DNA of 64,000 bases from Eledone cirrhosa (GCA_964016885.1 OZ024740.1:394072001-394136000), one strand, 5' to 3'. Counted from the first letter of the stretch, positions 14,051 through 28,127 are shown. The notes: generated from the letters alone by a model not told the origin. Program-made: numbers and translations.

Positions 14051-14654
14051 GTGTATGTGTGCTTGTTTGAATGAATATGTGTGAGCTTCATCTGATTGAA
14101 TAGTACCAGATTTAGGATGTATATTTCACTTCCTGTCCCTTGAGAGGCCTTGTGTCTAAGCCTAAAACCCTTCTCTCATTGGCACAATGTTTTTAATTTA
14201 ATGTATTTACTCAAGTACCATACACTCTCGAATATCAACCCGGCCTTTGCTTTTGTAGCTAAAAATAAGTTATATATATGTTCAATCAAGTTATTTATAT
14301 TTTCTAAGAAACCAGCATAATAGTATTACAAAATATATTACTTGATTTTGTTCAGTAAGCAATATGTCGCATTATACATGGTACGTATGTGTGGATACAT
14401 AACTCCAGGCCTGAAACAGCCGATATCTTCCAGAGAAGGAAATAGAGTGCTAGAGGGGAATCGGGTATAAAACAGAGAGAAAGAATCAACATCAGTGTTT
14501 GACTGGTACTTTATTTATCAATCTCGAAATGATGAAAGGCCTCCCTTGCAATCAAAGTTTCAACGCCACCGAGGCCAACTTTAACTTTTAATCTTTTGAG
14601 ATTGATAAACAAAATACAAATTTAATATTATATTCCGATGTGGCATTGAGGTAC

Positions 14655-14780
14655 AGCACTTTACGTTCAAATCCCGCCGAGGTTAACTTTGCCTTTCATC
14701 CTTACGAGTTAGATGAAATAAAGTACCAGTAACGCACTGGGGTTAAATTGCTGGCCTTGTATCAGAAGTAGAAACAATAT
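14655..14780 (+). mobile_element. tRNA-derived SINE, 5'-truncated
   Basis: GTTCAAATCCCGCCGAGG...GGCCTTGT. Confidence 0.8.
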
Positions 14781-15559
14781 TATATTCCGGTGTTCTTTCT
14801 CTCTTTTCCTTTCTCTTTGTGTCTTTCTTTCAATTAGTTAAAGTCGAACCCGAAGATGTATTTTTTCACCAAGTATCAATACCCAAGTCACACCGTATGT
14901 CCCCAAAACACACTAACGGCTCCATCAAAAGTTTGAGGGTACAAGAGAAAGCAAGACTTTCCCATATTTGTCAATGTTACTCCTACTCAGCGTTAAAAAT
15001 TATCTCTTTCGGCTATCCATCACAATGTCCAGCTATCCATCACAATCAGCTCTTTCTCCTGTATATTCTGTAACATTCTTGAGTTCATCACTAAGTGTTA
15101 ACTATCGAATGACTCTCCCCATGTATCATATAGTGTTAAAATTCACTGTTCTATGTTGTGAAAACACTGAATAATTTAGAAGAGATTAGGTTTCGTTAAG
15201 GAAAAATAAAATCAGTCCTATGAAACGCAGGATACTCTACGGTGACGAAAGAAATACAAATACTATTCTTAAAATACGATATATGTTCATGTATTACCAG
15301 AAGAAATGAGTTCAGACCTGTCGAGCCGGGTATTTTTCAGGGCTGTTAGATAATATTTACTTAAGTATGGCTTGAATAGGAACAATATACATTACTGAAA
15401 TTAGAAATTTTGAGATGTGCCTACGATTAAACGGGTTATTTTTTTTGCATTTTGATTGAGGCTCGGATTAAACGCCTGTAATATCTAATGGTTTGTTTAT
15501 TAACGAAGACAGAAGTATAGTGATTATGTGGATTAGAAACCTAATAATTGGCTCATGGT

Positions 15560-16740
15560 TCGCGAATGCTCATTCTCAGTGCGACTTGTCGCAACAGCGT
15601 GTGTCAACTTTATTTTGTTTTATGTAAAATGAGATCATGGAGCGTTGATTCGTTAGACGAGCGGGCAGCCAGCGATAGATAATCAGATCATATGCTGTTA
15701 CCCAGAGAACTCTCACGTTTATCTTATCCATCGAACTGTAAATTAGTTGTATGGCAAGGGAACAACTTTCTGATGTAAACAGCTGCAATAATATAAATTA
15801 AACGAGTTCTATCTGTTCATTGGACTGAGTCCAGCATCTCTTCTAGCTCTTCTTCTGAAGGTCATATTAGTCATGGTCCTACGGGTTTAATCACGTGCTA
15901 CCCCTGGCGCTTGGCGTTCTATTCCCAAGAGTGGTTTTCAGGATCCCACTATTTCTGCAACGAATCATCTTACACTTAGGTTTATGGTCTATGGGTCTTA
16001 GTGTTGTAAGCACTGATATTAACTGTACTTCTGGTGGTGATGTTGCTCTTGTTGACGATACAGTTGTTTTTTGGTGTTACCATTGTTATTGCGAATGCTG
16101 CTGGAATTGCTGCTACTCCTACTTGGATCATCACCAGGTGTTGGCGCTTGATGCTTGGTGGTGACTTTGAAACACTGTGTGTGGGTAATCTAATACGCAA
16201 TAATTCTAAGGCGGACGTCTGAATAAGCATTTCACCATAATTATTTTTAAATCTGAAGCATCACCATTGAAAAGTATGGTGATGTGCACTCTCTTTTCTT
16301 GACAAAGAGCCCGAGTTGAACTGTGAAATCACCCGGAGCGGTTATCACCATCATAGTTACCGCTCCTAATGTTAGCAACGCTGGCGCTTGTAGTCTGCTG
16401 CTGTTGACGGTCGTATCGATGGCGCCGCTGGTGCAAATAGCAGCTAAATAGTAAGGGAAGTTACGCGTTTCCCTTCTCATTGTTGGTTTAATAAAGAGAA
16501 GTTGCTAACTTTGATCCTTTGCCCTTCTGTTAGTGTTTGTTCTTGGTTCTGCCTCTTCGATTTTCGAATAAACAAATGGCGCCATGAATATCTATTCAAA
16601 TAAGAATTTTTCAAAGTTTGAAAAAAAAAAGTGGCCGTAAGAATTTTTGCTTGAAAACAAAACACATAAGCGGAAAAAAAATCAGGTTTCCCATCAAATA
16701 TGTTAGTAACAAATATAAAAAAAATCCACGGAGCGATGAT
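15560..16740. promoter_or_regulatory. CpG-enriched unique region, candidate promoter / non-coding first exon
   Basis: Many CpGs, CCAAT-like ATTGG motifs, possible donor ATA|GTAAGG at 16451, YY1-like AAATGGCG at about 16574; no convincing ORF. Confidence 0.3.
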
Positions 16741-16746
16741 AATAAT

Positions 16747-17101
16747 GATTTCTGATTTAGGCACAAGGCTAGTAATTTTTTAGTGGGAGGAGAAAGTTAA
16801 TTAAATCGACCCCAGTGTTTGACTGGTACTTTATTTTATCGACCCCGTAAGTTAGAAAGGCAAAGCTAATTTTGGCGGTATTTGAACTCAACGTAAAGGG
16901 CTGTAACTCTAACGGAGCGATAAGAATTGTTTCTAATTTTGGCACAAGGTCAGCAATTACCCAATGCATTACTGGTACTTTATTTTCTTGAAAGGCTAAG
17001 TTAACCTCGGCGGGATTTGAAATCAGAACGTAAAGGACCATAACTCTATGTTGCAAAGTATTTTGTCCGATGCTCTACCGATACGGCCAATCCACCGCCC
17101 T
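16747..17101 (-). mobile_element. Two tandem tRNA-derived SINE copies
   Basis: Family match at about 16747-16915 and 16925-17101. Confidence 0.85.
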
Positions 17102-17630
17102 AGGTACACTATTTACTCTGACTTATATTTGTTATTTCTTCATGGTATCATTTAAATCAAAGGTTCTCAACGGGTGCATATGCATCCCCGGGGGCGTTTC
17201 GGAACTCCAGGGGGGGGGGGGGGCGTTTGGAGCTTTGGCGGGCGCTGGAAGGCTCTTTACTTTGGTAAGTTTTATAACCCATATTTGTATGTCTTTGAGA
17301 CAGCCAGTGTGAATGCATTTGAATGAGCATGCAGACAGCATAACTATAGTTTGACCGCAGCTGTGAGCAGGTGTGCAGGCGTGTCTAGACATTAACCGGC
17401 AATTGGGATCCTAAAAATGGAAAAACCCACAGTCAACTGGGTCAAGGACACTTTGAGCGTAGCCAGTTAGAATCTTATCTTTCCTTGACCGATAACAATG
17501 TATTTCATGTGTTAAATTATTGATTCAACTGTAACGAGTTAACACTATGTAGATCTATTTTATTCCCTATTGCATAAATAATATTACAAATAAAAAAAAA
17601 GAAAAGAAAAAACACAGAAGCGGCTAGTAC

Positions 17631-17899
17631 ACACATCTAGGACCACATGCAACACATAATCAGGTAATACAAACATCTAGGACCACATACAACACACAGG
17701 CAGGTAATACATACATCTAGGACCACATACAACACATAATCAGGTAATACAAACATCTAGGACCACATACAACACATAATCAGGTAATACATACATCTAG
17801 GACCACATACAACACACAAGCAGGTAATACATACATCTGGGACCACATGCAATATATAAGCAGGTAATACATACATCTAGGACCACATACAACACACAC
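17631..17899. repeat. 40-bp minisatellite (CATCTAGGACCACATACAACACATAATCAGGTAATACAAA) x about 6.7 inside the hAT element
   Basis: CATCTAG (one CATCTGG) recurs at 17634, 17674 ... 17874. Confidence 0.95.
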
Positions 17900-18934
17900 T
17901 GTATCATGTGCTACGGACGTCGCAAGAGCAATGGTTGGCCAACATAAGGGTTTCGTCACTCTTCTGAAGAGAGAAATCTATCTGTATTTGCTGTTCATTG
18001 TGTCATTCATCGACAACACTTAGCTGCGAAGAAATTCAGCAAGCCTCTGAGCAAGTCCTTGCAGGTGGCCATTAATGTCATCAATTTTATCAAACGGCAT
18101 TCCCTCAATGAACGAATTTTCCAGTAACTGTGTCAAGATAATGATGAAGAATTCATCAAGTTGCTCCTTCATACTGAAGTGAGGTGGCTTTCAAAGGGCA
18201 AGTGCCTTACTCACTTCTTTGAACTCTTCGACTCTATCATTGAGTTTCTGCGAGGACGCAACGCAGAACTGTACAAGAAAACCCTTACCCCACCGACATC
18301 TTCGACAAATGCAATAGCGTCATTTTGGCTTTGCAGGGGAAGAAGATCACCTTGCTTAAAGCAAGGAATGCTGTGAAAACATTCCTGGCCAAATTGAATG
18401 TCATCGAAAGGAATCTTTATTGACGGGAATTCTATAATTTTCCTAGTGTCACCAATGTTCAAAAGATTGTAAGCAATGACCAACTCCAAATTTATACCAC
18501 TCACCTCCGTGCGCTACAAGACAACATGAGAGAATGGTTTTTCAACCTTTTGCCGATGGACATTCCAATGTGGATAGCAGATCACTTCATAGCTAACGTC
18601 GACAATTTGGATGTTAAATTTCAGGAAGAATTCATTGAACTTCAATCAGATGACATGATCAAAATTAGATTTCCCAAAATAGGTGAACCCCCTTTTTGGG
18701 ATGCAAGAGGAAATTCAGCGTCGATTTCCACATCTACATGCAGAGGCTAAGAGATTTGCTCTGCCTTTTCCAAGCTCATACTTAGTCGAGAGGAGGTCTG
18801 ATGCTGTTTCCAGACTGCACAGTAAGTCTCGCAACCGCTACGCTACACGTGGAGATCTCTGGTTACATCTTAGGAAAATTCAGCCTCACGTCAAAGAGTT
18901 AGCTAGACTCCATGAAGCTCAAGGGTCCCATTGA
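17900..18934 (+). pseudogene. Frameshifted hAT transposase (SCAND3/ZBED8-like)
   Basis: Motifs CATD..AMVG.HKGF, HCVIHRQHLAAK, LLHTEVRWLSKG, FPSSYLVER; stops and frameshifts. Confidence 0.9.
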
Positions 18935-20089
18935 AATGAGGTCAAAGTTAAAGTAAGTTGATTTATCCGAAAACTTGGATATGCTATTGTTACAAAGCAA
19001 ACTAACAATTTTTTTATTTGTAGTTGCAGCCTGACTGGACTGGAAACCATCTACTACAATTCACTTACTCATTTGTTGTATATATTTTACCATTTACTAA
19101 TAAATATACCCTCTCGCGTGGTCGTGAAAACCCTCTTCCGTAGTCTCTAAGCGCACAAAGCAGAGGGGACATCAAGTTAGATATCAACATTTATTCTGTC
19201 CGTTTCATTAAAGGGAAAATTGGAAAGCTTTGAAATGATATAATTGCCACTTTCTTCCAGATAAGAGCACTCTTGGGATAGACAGAGTTGCTCTTGTATA
19301 AATGTTCAAAATAGCTGGTAATGCCTGGTGGGAATATAACAAATTCAACTGGTCCTTGTTCATAAAAAAGAACATTTATGTTCCCTTTTTTGGAATTTAT
19401 ATATTTCCTTTCAAGGAATGTATTTATGCTCTCAGCTGCCTACAATGGTATCTTTAGAATATTGTTAATTTTTCAGTAATCTACTGATATTAAAATCAGT
19501 AGTATATTGAAAAATGGAAAAATAGGGTAGGGGGGCGTTTCGTGATTTTGAGGGACAAAAGGGGGCGTTTGGTCTAAATGGGTTGAGAACCTGTGATTTA
19601 AATCATTGTACCATTAATTATTAATATCAATGTTTTAATTCGTTAACTTACTACGTCTTTATATACAATTGTAGTTTCTCCTGTTAAATATTCTAGCCCT
19701 AGGAAATGCAACATATAACTGTCCCTGACCAAATACTTGTTGTATCTAATTAAATATTTGGCCTAGTTCTTCATTAATAGTCAATAACTAATCAAACTGG
19801 AAACACATTTTTGTAAAAGGGTCAGTTCAGCAGACGGATAGTTAGTCGCACAAAAGCGCATGCCTTAAATAAGTGATGAGTTAGAAAAAAAAAATTAGTA
19901 AAAAAAACTATATTCTTTGCATTCCACTCCAAACCGCAACAACGACTTCCACCTCCATTACACAATATCACTAACGATAATGCCGCGACTAAACCAATAA
20001 TTGTAATTTCCAATATCTCAGGGACAGTGGGAATTTACATAAAACGTGTAAACACGATAATACAACAATTAACAACAAATTGATAACAT

Positions 20090-20445
20090 TCCGCAATAGG
20101 GGAGTGTAGCAATCTGCGGTAACTTAGGAACCCCACTGATCCTAAGCCGTCCTAATAACCGAGAGCATAATGGGACGGGGCCACTCTCGCCTCTAATCTC
20201 TCCAGTCTACAGGTGCCTGTTCTGAGTAGGCCCATTCACTCGGACCCTCTCTACTAGATTTACCTACCTTTCAACAAATGTAACGAGGGCAGCGCTTCTC
20301 TCTCCGTCCTCAACTTCCTATCCAAGTAGAACTTGAAAATATCGATGAGGGCTTGGCCGAAGAGGAATGTATGTGTCTTCAGTCTATTCAGTCACGTCCC
20401 CCACACAATCTCTTTCTCTACAGCCACCATACTGAGGAAAACGAT
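20090..20445 (-). mobile_element. Degenerate LINE 3' fragment (L1/Tx1-like)
   Basis: GC-richer coding-like remnant; family assignment uncertain. Confidence 0.35.
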
Positions 20446-20593
20446 GGTTAAAGAATAAAACATTATGTTCCCTTTGTACCAAAATATTCTAACAACAAAA
20501 AGATTTAAGTACGTTAAAACTATAAACTTGTTTGAGCCCACAATAGGATGTCTTCACGATTCAATCACACAAAAACAGTTAATAATAATAATA

Positions 20594-21211
20594 ATTGTTT
20601 CTACTTTAGGCACAAGGCCAGCAATTACCCAGTGCATTACTGGTACTTTATTTTATCGACCCCGTAAGGATGAAAGGCAAAGTCAACCTCGGCGGGATTT
20701 GAACTCAGATCGTAAAGGGACATAACTATGCTGGAAAGCATGGCGTCCGACCCTCTACCAATCGTTAATAATAATAATAATGATTTCTAGTATAGACACA
20801 AGGCCAGTAATTTGGGGGGATGAGAAAGTCGGTTGAATTGACCCCAGTACGTTACTGGTACTTTATTTTATTGACCCTGTAAGTATGAAAGGCAAAGTTA
20901 ACCTCAGTGAGATTAACTTTGCCTTTCATCATAAGGGGTTAATAAAATAAAGTACCAGTAACGTACTGGGGTCAATTTAATCGACTTTCCCCTCCCTCCA
21001 AATTGCTCGTCTTAATAATAATAATAATTGCTTCTACTTTTGACACAAAGCCAGCAATTATCCCAGTGCATTCTGGTACTTTATTTTATCGACCCCGTAA
21101 GGACGAAAGGCACAGAGTTAACCTCGATGGGGTTTGAACTCAGAATGGAAAGGGCCGTAACTCTATGCATCAAAGCATGGCGTCCGACCCTTTACCGATA
21201 CTGCCAATCCA
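20594..21211. mobile_element. Cluster of SINE copies including a fold-back SINE (about 20782-21010)
   Basis: Family matches; inversion at about 20912. Confidence 0.8.
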
Positions 21212-21918
21212 ATAATGAAAATGCTTTCTGACAGACTTATATTGAGGGAAGAGTGTGGTCAAATTAGTCGATTCCTACGCCGCCCCCATCACAATATTTG
21301 AAAAGCAGTTTCGACCTCGGTTTGATAAGAAATCAGACTGTAACCCAATACAGCATTTTGTCCGACTCTCTACTTATTCCGCTATCCATTTCCCTTCCCC
21401 AATCTACTATTGTTGTCTAAATATGGAAACTACAATACTGAAGCCATGTTCATTTTTTTTCTTTTGTTCTGGAATCATTACTATGTTATTAATTTTCTTC
21501 TGGCAATTGTTTGCTTGTTTCTCTGTTTGTTTATCTACATATCTCATCTAGCTATATATTTCCCAGCTTGCCTTTCTATCATCTGTAATGTAAAATGTCG
21601 GCCATATTTGATCACTATGACAGCTAATGTTAGAGATTGGTTGAAAAATTGGTATTTAGCGATGTTGCGAGAGACATACATATATTTAGTAATGCATCAT
21701 CGGAAACAGTGTTGTACTAAGACTGAGAGACAGATAGTAGAGAGAAAGGAAGAGAAAGAAAGAGAGAGAGGGGGAGGGAGAGAGATAGTAAGTTAGAGAG
21801 ACAGAATGAGTGAAACAGAAAGAGAGAAAAGGGAGAGAATGAAATGCGTAATTAAAATAGTAAGAAAGAAAAGACAGTGAATGGAATATACTCCCGCATT
21901 ACACCCTCATTCTCTCTC

Positions 21919-21972
<54 letters not shown>

Positions 21973-22935
21973 GATGAAGAATAGAAAATTGTAGATTAGT
22001 TGGCATAAATAATCCTAATCAATAAGACCCGCTGATGTTACTACTAGAATCACTTATATATCACACGCAATATATCTCAATGAAATAGCCAATGAGTATT
22101 GACTTATGTGTATGGAGAGGTGAAAGGGGATATTTAGAGGGAGTGAGCTTGGATTATATGACGTATAGCAGATTTCGAAAATAAATAAAATATCATTGGA
22201 ATATTCCATATTCAATACGAAGGTTACATAGGATGCTATAGGATATTTATTCTTAATAGATGTTGAGAATAAAGTTAGCTCCTGGGATGGAAAACGACTC
22301 TATGATCCAGTTTCGTTTCCCATTTGACGCGAATTTAAGAAAAGAATAAAAATTATGTAACTTTTTTTTCCATTCCCAGGAGGTATGGTATGGTCCCGTA
22401 ACTCCTGATAGAGACGTAGGGGCGCCGCATTGACATACGGCGTTTCATGGGGATTTTAAGCCTGGCAGAGCCCATCCCTCTCCAGACCCGAGTACAGTAG
22501 ATTTCTTCCAGAGAAAGATAGAAAGTGAGAAAGAGGAAATAAGCGCAAGAGATATAGAGGAAGAAGTTTTATGTATCATAACGTAGTAAAAGTTTCGGGC
22601 GTTGGACACACGATTCTAAAGTACTATAAACGGTTGCTGCCAGAAGTAATTTTACTGCGGATGTTCTGTTGCGTTAGAACATATTTGTTGACATATTTTC
22701 TATAGACAGCCAAATAGGTGGACAGATGCATAGACATACAGACATGCAGATAGATAGACTGACAGATAAAATACAGATGGACAGGTAGATAGAAATATAG
22801 GTAGGTAGACAACCAGATGCATAGCTAAACAGACATTCAGATGAATACATAGACAGTTAGAGAGATCGATATACAAAGAGTATCTAAAAACAATATAATT
22901 GCTAAAACTCTATATAAGATGTTAGCTTTTTTTTT

Positions 22936-23028
22936 TACCTCAGTACCGACGCAGTAAAATTTACTGAAGATGGATACAGATGCTGCTGAAATACTAGTAT
23001 CTGGTGTTCTCCCACGGTTACTGAGGTA
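22936..23028 (+). ncRNA. Degenerate type I hammerhead ribozyme
   Basis: CUGAAGA 22964, GAAA 22988, palindromic stem III AUACUAGUAU, AUC site; distal stem TACCTCAGTA/TACTGAGGTA; proximal stems I and II poor. Confidence 0.5.
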
Positions 23029-23109
23029 GATGTGAGATGATTATAGCTAAAATACCCCAAGCGATGATTTAGTATGTATATTATAAATAAACATATTGCT
23101 TCCATATAC

Positions 23110-23394
23110 TATATTGCGTTAACATTTTAAAAATTATAATTATAAGCTAATTTTTCAAGGTTTTATTATTTGACGTAACAACACATAAAACACATCAAAC
23201 TATAAAGTATTTATTTAAACTAATTATATATACGTTTAACAAGCTTCTCTGAAATAGAAACTAGTTAAACGTATATATAATTAGTTTAAATAAATACTTT
23301 ATAGTTTGATGTGTTTTATGTGTTGTTACGTCAAATAATAAAACCTTGAAAAATTTGCTTATATTTAGATTTTTTAAAATGTTAACGCAATATA
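23110..23394. repeat. Near-perfect inverted repeat (about 130-bp arms), PLE-type fold-back
   Basis: Arms are reverse complements; centre contains HHR 3' half GAAACUAGUU. Confidence 0.85.
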
Positions 23395-23755
23395 TTAGTG
23401 CAAAATATACATGTATCCTTAGAATGTATTGTGATGTCACAGTAAAGATGAATAATTGATGTTTCCTCCGTGGCCTTCCCGTGGGTTCACTTAGTTAACT
23501 ATATTATTTCAAATGTTGTTGGCATTGGTTTGACAAATAGATTAAAATGAAGTTTCAAAGCGTCTTTTAAGACATTTTTTTACATCAGTCAGTAAAATCA
23601 GTCAGTCCTGTGTCATTTATGCTAATAACTACATACCATATTTATCTTTCCGTGTATATGTGTGAGCACGTGTTTGTGTCTGTGTGTGCCTGAGTGTATG
23701 TGTCTGTGTGCATATGTGCGTGCGTCGGTAAGTCTATCACTGTATGTGCTTGCAC

Positions 23756-24224
23756 CTGAAAATTTATCTTCAATGTATATGCTTGTGCAATATTTTATGG
23801 CCCATGGCATCAAGTTTGGCCCGGGACCAATGTTGTCAAAGATGTTACCACCAGAATTCGAATCATCCACTAATCCACCAGCTTGGGCAGACACTTTATT
23901 TATCAACGAACGTTTCATGCTAAGATTTGAACTCAGAGCATAGGAATTTGGAATAAATACAGTAAACATTCTATCTGACAATCTAGTGGTTCTGAAAGGA
24001 GGGGTGGATAAAATGTTAGCCCGTTCAGGTACCTCACCGCGGAAATATTCGAAGACTTCAAAAAACAATGCGTACTCGTCACCTGCCCCATCCGTAAAAT
24101 ATGAGCGTATAGAGATATATGTTACACCGTATCCAATATACCCAATATGGCGAGTATTACATCGGAAGAACAATCCGACCACCACACAACAGTGTCAAAG
24201 TAATCTTCAACACTCATGCATCGT
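23756..24224 (-). CDS. Candidate host-gene exon; coding part probably from an internal ATG (e.g. 23969): ...MKRSLINKVSAQAGGLVDDSNSGGNIFDNIGPGPNLMPWAIKYCTSIYIEDKFS
   Basis: Non-repetitive, balanced composition; branch-like CTAAT + T tract + AG at 24225; donor CAG|GTGC at 23755; long open frame. Protein not recognised. Confidence 0.4.
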
Positions 24225-25015
24225 CTTTAAAAAAACACATTAGAAAGTGCGAACACACAAATAAGAACATCACAGTTAACATCAAATTAATGGATTCAAA
24301 ATTCAACCAATTTGTTAGCCAAATTCAAATCTTCAATCAATAATAAACTAGAATTCAACACCCAGAGGCTGTTGTACTTAGTACTACACTTTATTTTTTA
24401 TCAACAATAGATTAAAACCACAACTTTTCAGCTATTACAGAAAGATGATTAATAAGGTCCTATTTCCTATTACTCAATAATGAATGCCAAAAAGCTTCTA
24501 CAAAAAGTTGATAAATTACTATCACTCTGTCTACCTTTCTCTGTCTTTATTTGACACCCTTTAATATTCCACTCCCAGACTTCAATAGTAATATTAGTTT
24601 CGTAAGTCACTACTGCTACCACAAACAAAACAACAAAACAATTAATCTGACACCACTTACTCATCCACAACACTACTACAGCTATATTTTACCACCTCAC
24701 TACTATATCCACAATAAAAAAGAAATAAACTCCATCAACTCACATGCAACACTAAAAAGAACAAGAAATATTAAATGAACAAATAAAAGAAATTCACATT
24801 ACCCAATAACATGAGTTTAAATAAAATAAATCACCGCTTTCAGAGTCAGATATGACAGCGTAAGAAGAACACACATATACACACACACACCACACACACA
24901 CGCACACACACACACAGGCATACACACACATACACACACACATACATATATATGTACATACGTACATACAATCATATATGCATATATACACATACACATA
25001 CATATATACGTACAA

Positions 25016-25051
<36 letters not shown>

Positions 25052-25094
25052 ATATATATATATACATATATATATGTGTGTCTATAAATATATG

Positions 25095-25136
<42 letters not shown>

Positions 25137-25185
25137 TACATACAGAAGCCTACACATAGCACATATATGTAACCTTTCTACAATT

Positions 25186-25216
<31 letters not shown>

Positions 25217-27084
25217 CACACACATACGATTACGCACGTATGGATGTTTGGAGTTCTGTTCAAAAATGAAAAAGAAAAAAAAAGGACAGAAATAGAATAA
25301 GAGTTTGATAGAATAAATCACGGGTACACAACTTATATTGCATCACGAATGGAATGTCGTGACATGTTGCGAGCAGGACAGTAAATAGTGACTTTTGCAA
25401 CCCCATCAGTCTTTGAACATATAGCTGAAGCATTCTTGTGTACGATATTATTTTAGAATAACATCGTGTCATATTTACCTAGACTGCATGATATCTGGAC
25501 AAGCACAGCCTGAAATAGAACAAGCTTAATCAATATTTGCTTATAGTAGAGAGAACGGGATGGAAGGGGCAGTATGTTGGTAGAGACGGCTAATTTAGAT
25601 TCTGTACTTTTGAAATGAATCGACATTATTGTTCTTGATATTATTATTGCTGTTTTTTCTACTGTTGTTTGACCCTAGGTCAATCCTGATCGAACGAACC
25701 TATGATCAAAAGCATTCCAGATAGAAGCAGACTGTCATTTTTTTGGTGTACTATGAATACATTCTCTGTTGAATCCTGTGTGTTAGAGTGTTTGATGGAG
25801 ATGTTTGATTCTAGTTTTCTAGCAAGTGGAGTAACGGCATTGAACTTCCATCGTTTTTTTTTTTGTTGATGGCAAATTGACAGAATATTTAAACCGTTGA
25901 AGAGAATTATTTGCCGTATTCTAACAGAATGAATCGTGATACTCGTTGCGGCACTTTTTACTCTGAGGTCAAATATCACATAGGTCAACATTGTCTTTCA
26001 CCTTTTCGAGATCGATAAATTACAAGTCCAGGACTGTGATTGTCTCTCTCCCTCATCCTCTCTCTCTCTTTCTCTCCCCCTATCTATCTATTTCTATCTC
26101 TGGAAGAAATCGGCTTTGTTTCAGCCTGGAGAGGATCGGTCCAACCATGTTTAAAATTCTATAAGGACCTTTATCTTTACCTTCTTTTATTCCTCCCGGT
26201 GCGCTCTGCATTCAACTCCCATCGAGATTAACTTTACTTTAATAGTTTTGTACGTTAATAAATAAAATGTTAACCAAGTACTGGATCGACTCCTCTATTT
26301 CTCATTTTTTCTCTTTCACCATCTCTCTTTCCCCCTTCTCTTACACACACACACACACACACACATTCTCTCACTCTCTATCTATATCTTTCATTCTGAA
26401 TCGTGCCTGTAAATCAATGGCTCAACCTTGTCACATTGTGTCACGCTCATTTGACCAGAGCTTTCCAGATGTCCGTGGAAAACTCAGCCACTTATAGGTT
26501 AATTTCTCGGGTAGGAAATCGGTTGGTCAAACAAATCAGCATCCATTGTTGAAACAGGCAGAGAAACCATCTTCGTTGTTGTTTTGTATTGGGCCAGCTC
26601 TGATCGAACAAATATATATTGAAAGGCATTCCAGCCATGAAAATGTTCTCTTTTACTTGAGATATAATGTATATAAAGACCACATTTTCTGCTGCTGTCT
26701 CATGTAAATATCTACCTGTAAATATCAAATGGATATATACCAGTGCTCACAGGCATTGGCTCCTGTGCTCTTTGGTAGAGAGCATCACATACATAGGTCA
26801 ATAATCAAAGCATCAAGAGACCCATGTCACCCATTTCATGACATGACTGTGGATTCTCAGTTACTAGTCCAACACTGCTTGATGTCGCGTCCCCCTTTTT
26901 CTCGTCACGCAGCACAACTACGAAACTTAAATTTCAACATGTTTCGACGTAGCTAGCTAACTGGCAATAGGTATTCGATCGGACTCACTGAATGTCAACC
27001 CCAATACTCGAATTCTTTGGTTGATCGCCAAACATATGTATATATTGTGTTATTCACTTATGTACCATTAGGACCAGAACCACA

Positions 27085-27200
27085 TTCCTTTAAATCCCGC
27101 CGAGGTTAACTTTGCCCTTCATCCTTACGGGGTCGATAAAATAAAGTACCAGTAATGTACTGTGTAATTGCTGGCCTTGTGCCAAACGTAGAAACAATTA
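27085..27200 (+). mobile_element. tRNA-derived SINE fragment
   Basis: Family match. Confidence 0.8.
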
Positions 27201-27629
27201 TAAAGGGGTCAACAAAATAAGTATCAGACAAATTTCTGGGATCGATAGATCGACTAGTCCAAAATGACGACGTTTCAATATAATGAAATCAGTACAGAAA
27301 TTGCAAGGGTTCGTGTAATGTCAAGGAAATCTATATGATTTTATGTGTGCACGTGTGTGTAGATCGTAATGTTTTGGTCAATTTATTTCAGCAGGAAAGC
27401 CTCTGGAACTTGGATATCATGAACAAACACACAAATACACATCTACATACACACAGACAACACCCACATACACTCACAGCACGCATACATCACACACACG
27501 CGCGCATACACACATACACAGACACACACACACCAGCAAATTAGATTTCCTCAGTGTCACACTGGTACCTACCAACCTACAGAAAAACTTAAAACCAGAC
27601 AAAACAAACACATATATAGGAAAATAATA

Positions 27630-27818
27630 ATTGTTTCTACTTTTGGCACAAGGCCAGCAATTACCCAGTGCATTACTGGTACTTTATTTTATCAACCCCG
27701 TAAGGATGAAAGGCAAAGTTAACCTCGGCGGGATTTGAAATCAGAACGGAAAGGGCCATAATTCTATGCGCCAAAGCATAGCGCCGGACCCTCTACCGAT
27801 ACTGCCAATCCACCCCCC
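27630..27818 (-). mobile_element. tRNA-derived SINE with TSD TAGGAAAATAATAA
   Basis: Full-length copy with flanking direct repeat. Confidence 0.88.
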
Positions 27819-27984
27819 TTAGGAAAATAATAACATAGGATTGAAGATGCACCTAATGAGACGCGTTTCGAAAAGTGAAAGAATAGCTAGGCTAAGCAGG
27901 TATAGGCACAAGAATTCTACATCGAAAAGGCTAATTGAACCCATCAATACATAATGTTTCCTTTTTGTCAGACTCTATTATATA

Positions 27985-28127
27985 TATATAACAGATTAAA
28001 GTTTAAGTGTAAAGATTCTTTGCTTAAACACTTTAATCTGTTATTTTAATAAATATTTGATCTTGGGTTCTTATATATTTGAAATATATTTATCCTTATC
28101 GAGCCCTCTTTGGATTTTAGTCTTCAC
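27985..28127. mobile_element. Penelope-like 3' tail (same family as 13812-13998)
   Basis: Shared ...TATTTATCCTTATCGAGCCCTCTTTGGATTTTAGTCTTCA and inverted head. Confidence 0.55.

Larger units (their letters stand above)
17158..19595 (+). mobile_element. hAT (Buster/Charlie-type) DNA transposon, internally deleted
   Basis: TIRs CAAAGGTTCTCAAC / GTTGAGAACCTGTG; 8-bp TSD ATTTAAAT at 17150-17157 and 19596-19603; transposase remnant. Confidence 0.92.

Noticed and set aside
17631-17899. CRISPR-like array
   Set aside because: No unique spacers; simple 40-bp minisatellite in a eukaryotic transposon
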